Source: Chrysemys picta bellii
Taxonomy: Eukaryota
DNA length: 64,000 nucleotides
NCBI RefSeq assembly: GCF_011386835.1
Contig: NC_088797.1
Span: 83,514,001 to 83,578,000, forward strand
Direction: 5' to 3'
Under the pieces are notes generated by a model. That model was not told where the DNA came from. It worked only from the letters and a program-made list of their open reading frames with translations, and made no database searches. The position numbers and the translations under genes were made by a program. Numbering within the stretch: position 1 is the stretch's first letter; every line of letters starts with the position of its first letter. Positions 63,235-64,000 of the stretch are shown one piece after another.

Positions 63235-64000
63235 TCTGTTTCTCCTCTACTCTCATTCTTTCTCTGTCTTGTCTATTTATATTGAAACCTGGTCAGGGCA
63301 AGGACTGTCTCTTACTATGTGTTTATACAGTGCCTAAATACAGTAGGGCCCTGATCTCAGTTAGGACTTCTAAGTGCTATCATCATACAAACAAATAATA
63401 ATCAAAACATTTTAGTAAGTTTACATTTATCATGAACAACATCACAATACTAAATCTATCATTTGGAAAAAAGAATAACATTGTTAGTTTGCTTCAATGT
63501 GTTTTTGCATTTTAAAAGTAAGAAACTTTAAAATAAATGTTTGTATCTATGCTAAAATAATACTCTCTCAATAATCTCCTGGTAAGTTTAATATAATTGG
63601 AAAAAGTATAGTTGTATCATTTTGACATTGGGGAAACTGGTAATTAATATAGGCAGTGCTAAAAAAGGCAAAGACTGAAATTTATAATGTTGCAAAGTGT
63701 AAGACCTTTCAGTTGAAATGGATTTATAAAGTGCTTGACACCACCTTTTCATTTCAACTGACCCATGAGAATTGTTCAGGAAAAGGAACGGTAATGAGAT
63801 CTTAACAGCATCAGATAAATACACTATGGTTAAAGTAAACAAAAATCCCATTTGGTTTGTCAGCCTTTTGCAAAGAACATCAGCTATAAATACTAACATT
63901 CACAACCACTAGATACATGAGTTTACTTATCTCAGAAGTTCTCTAAGGGAGGGACTGTGCCTTCCTGTATGTATGTACTGAATATTGCACATTGTGGCAT

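Overview
Eukaryotic, AT-rich, repeat-dominated DNA, most likely from a turtle: the repeat set is tRNA-headed PolIII/SINEs with CR1 tails, CR1 LINEs, Penelope-like elements (PLE), DIRS and PIF/Harbinger and hAT MITEs. No host protein-coding gene could be identified with confidence; the window looks intronic or intergenic, with a few weak exon candidates. Main content: (1) an LTR-like cluster at 1-3.6 kb; (2) a fold-back PLE at 4055-6429 (RT plus GIY-YIG endonuclease) whose 3' tail carries a minimal type-I hammerhead ribozyme motif; (3) three short non-coding insertions derived from the PLE tail, each with its own target-site duplication (TSD): a 201-bp hairpin at 11.7 kb, a tail fragment fused to telomeric TTAGGG repeats at 20.1 kb, and a 128-bp hammerhead-plus-tail unit at 46.4 kb; (4) many MITEs with checkable TIRs and TSDs, plus Gypsy integrase and Myb/SANT relics; (5) a 12-kb nest at 48.3-60.6 kb in which one DIRS element contains an RTE LINE and a second DIRS (ITR/ICR intact), and the second DIRS contains a solo LTR. 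All family assignments come from motif recognition by eye, not from database searches.
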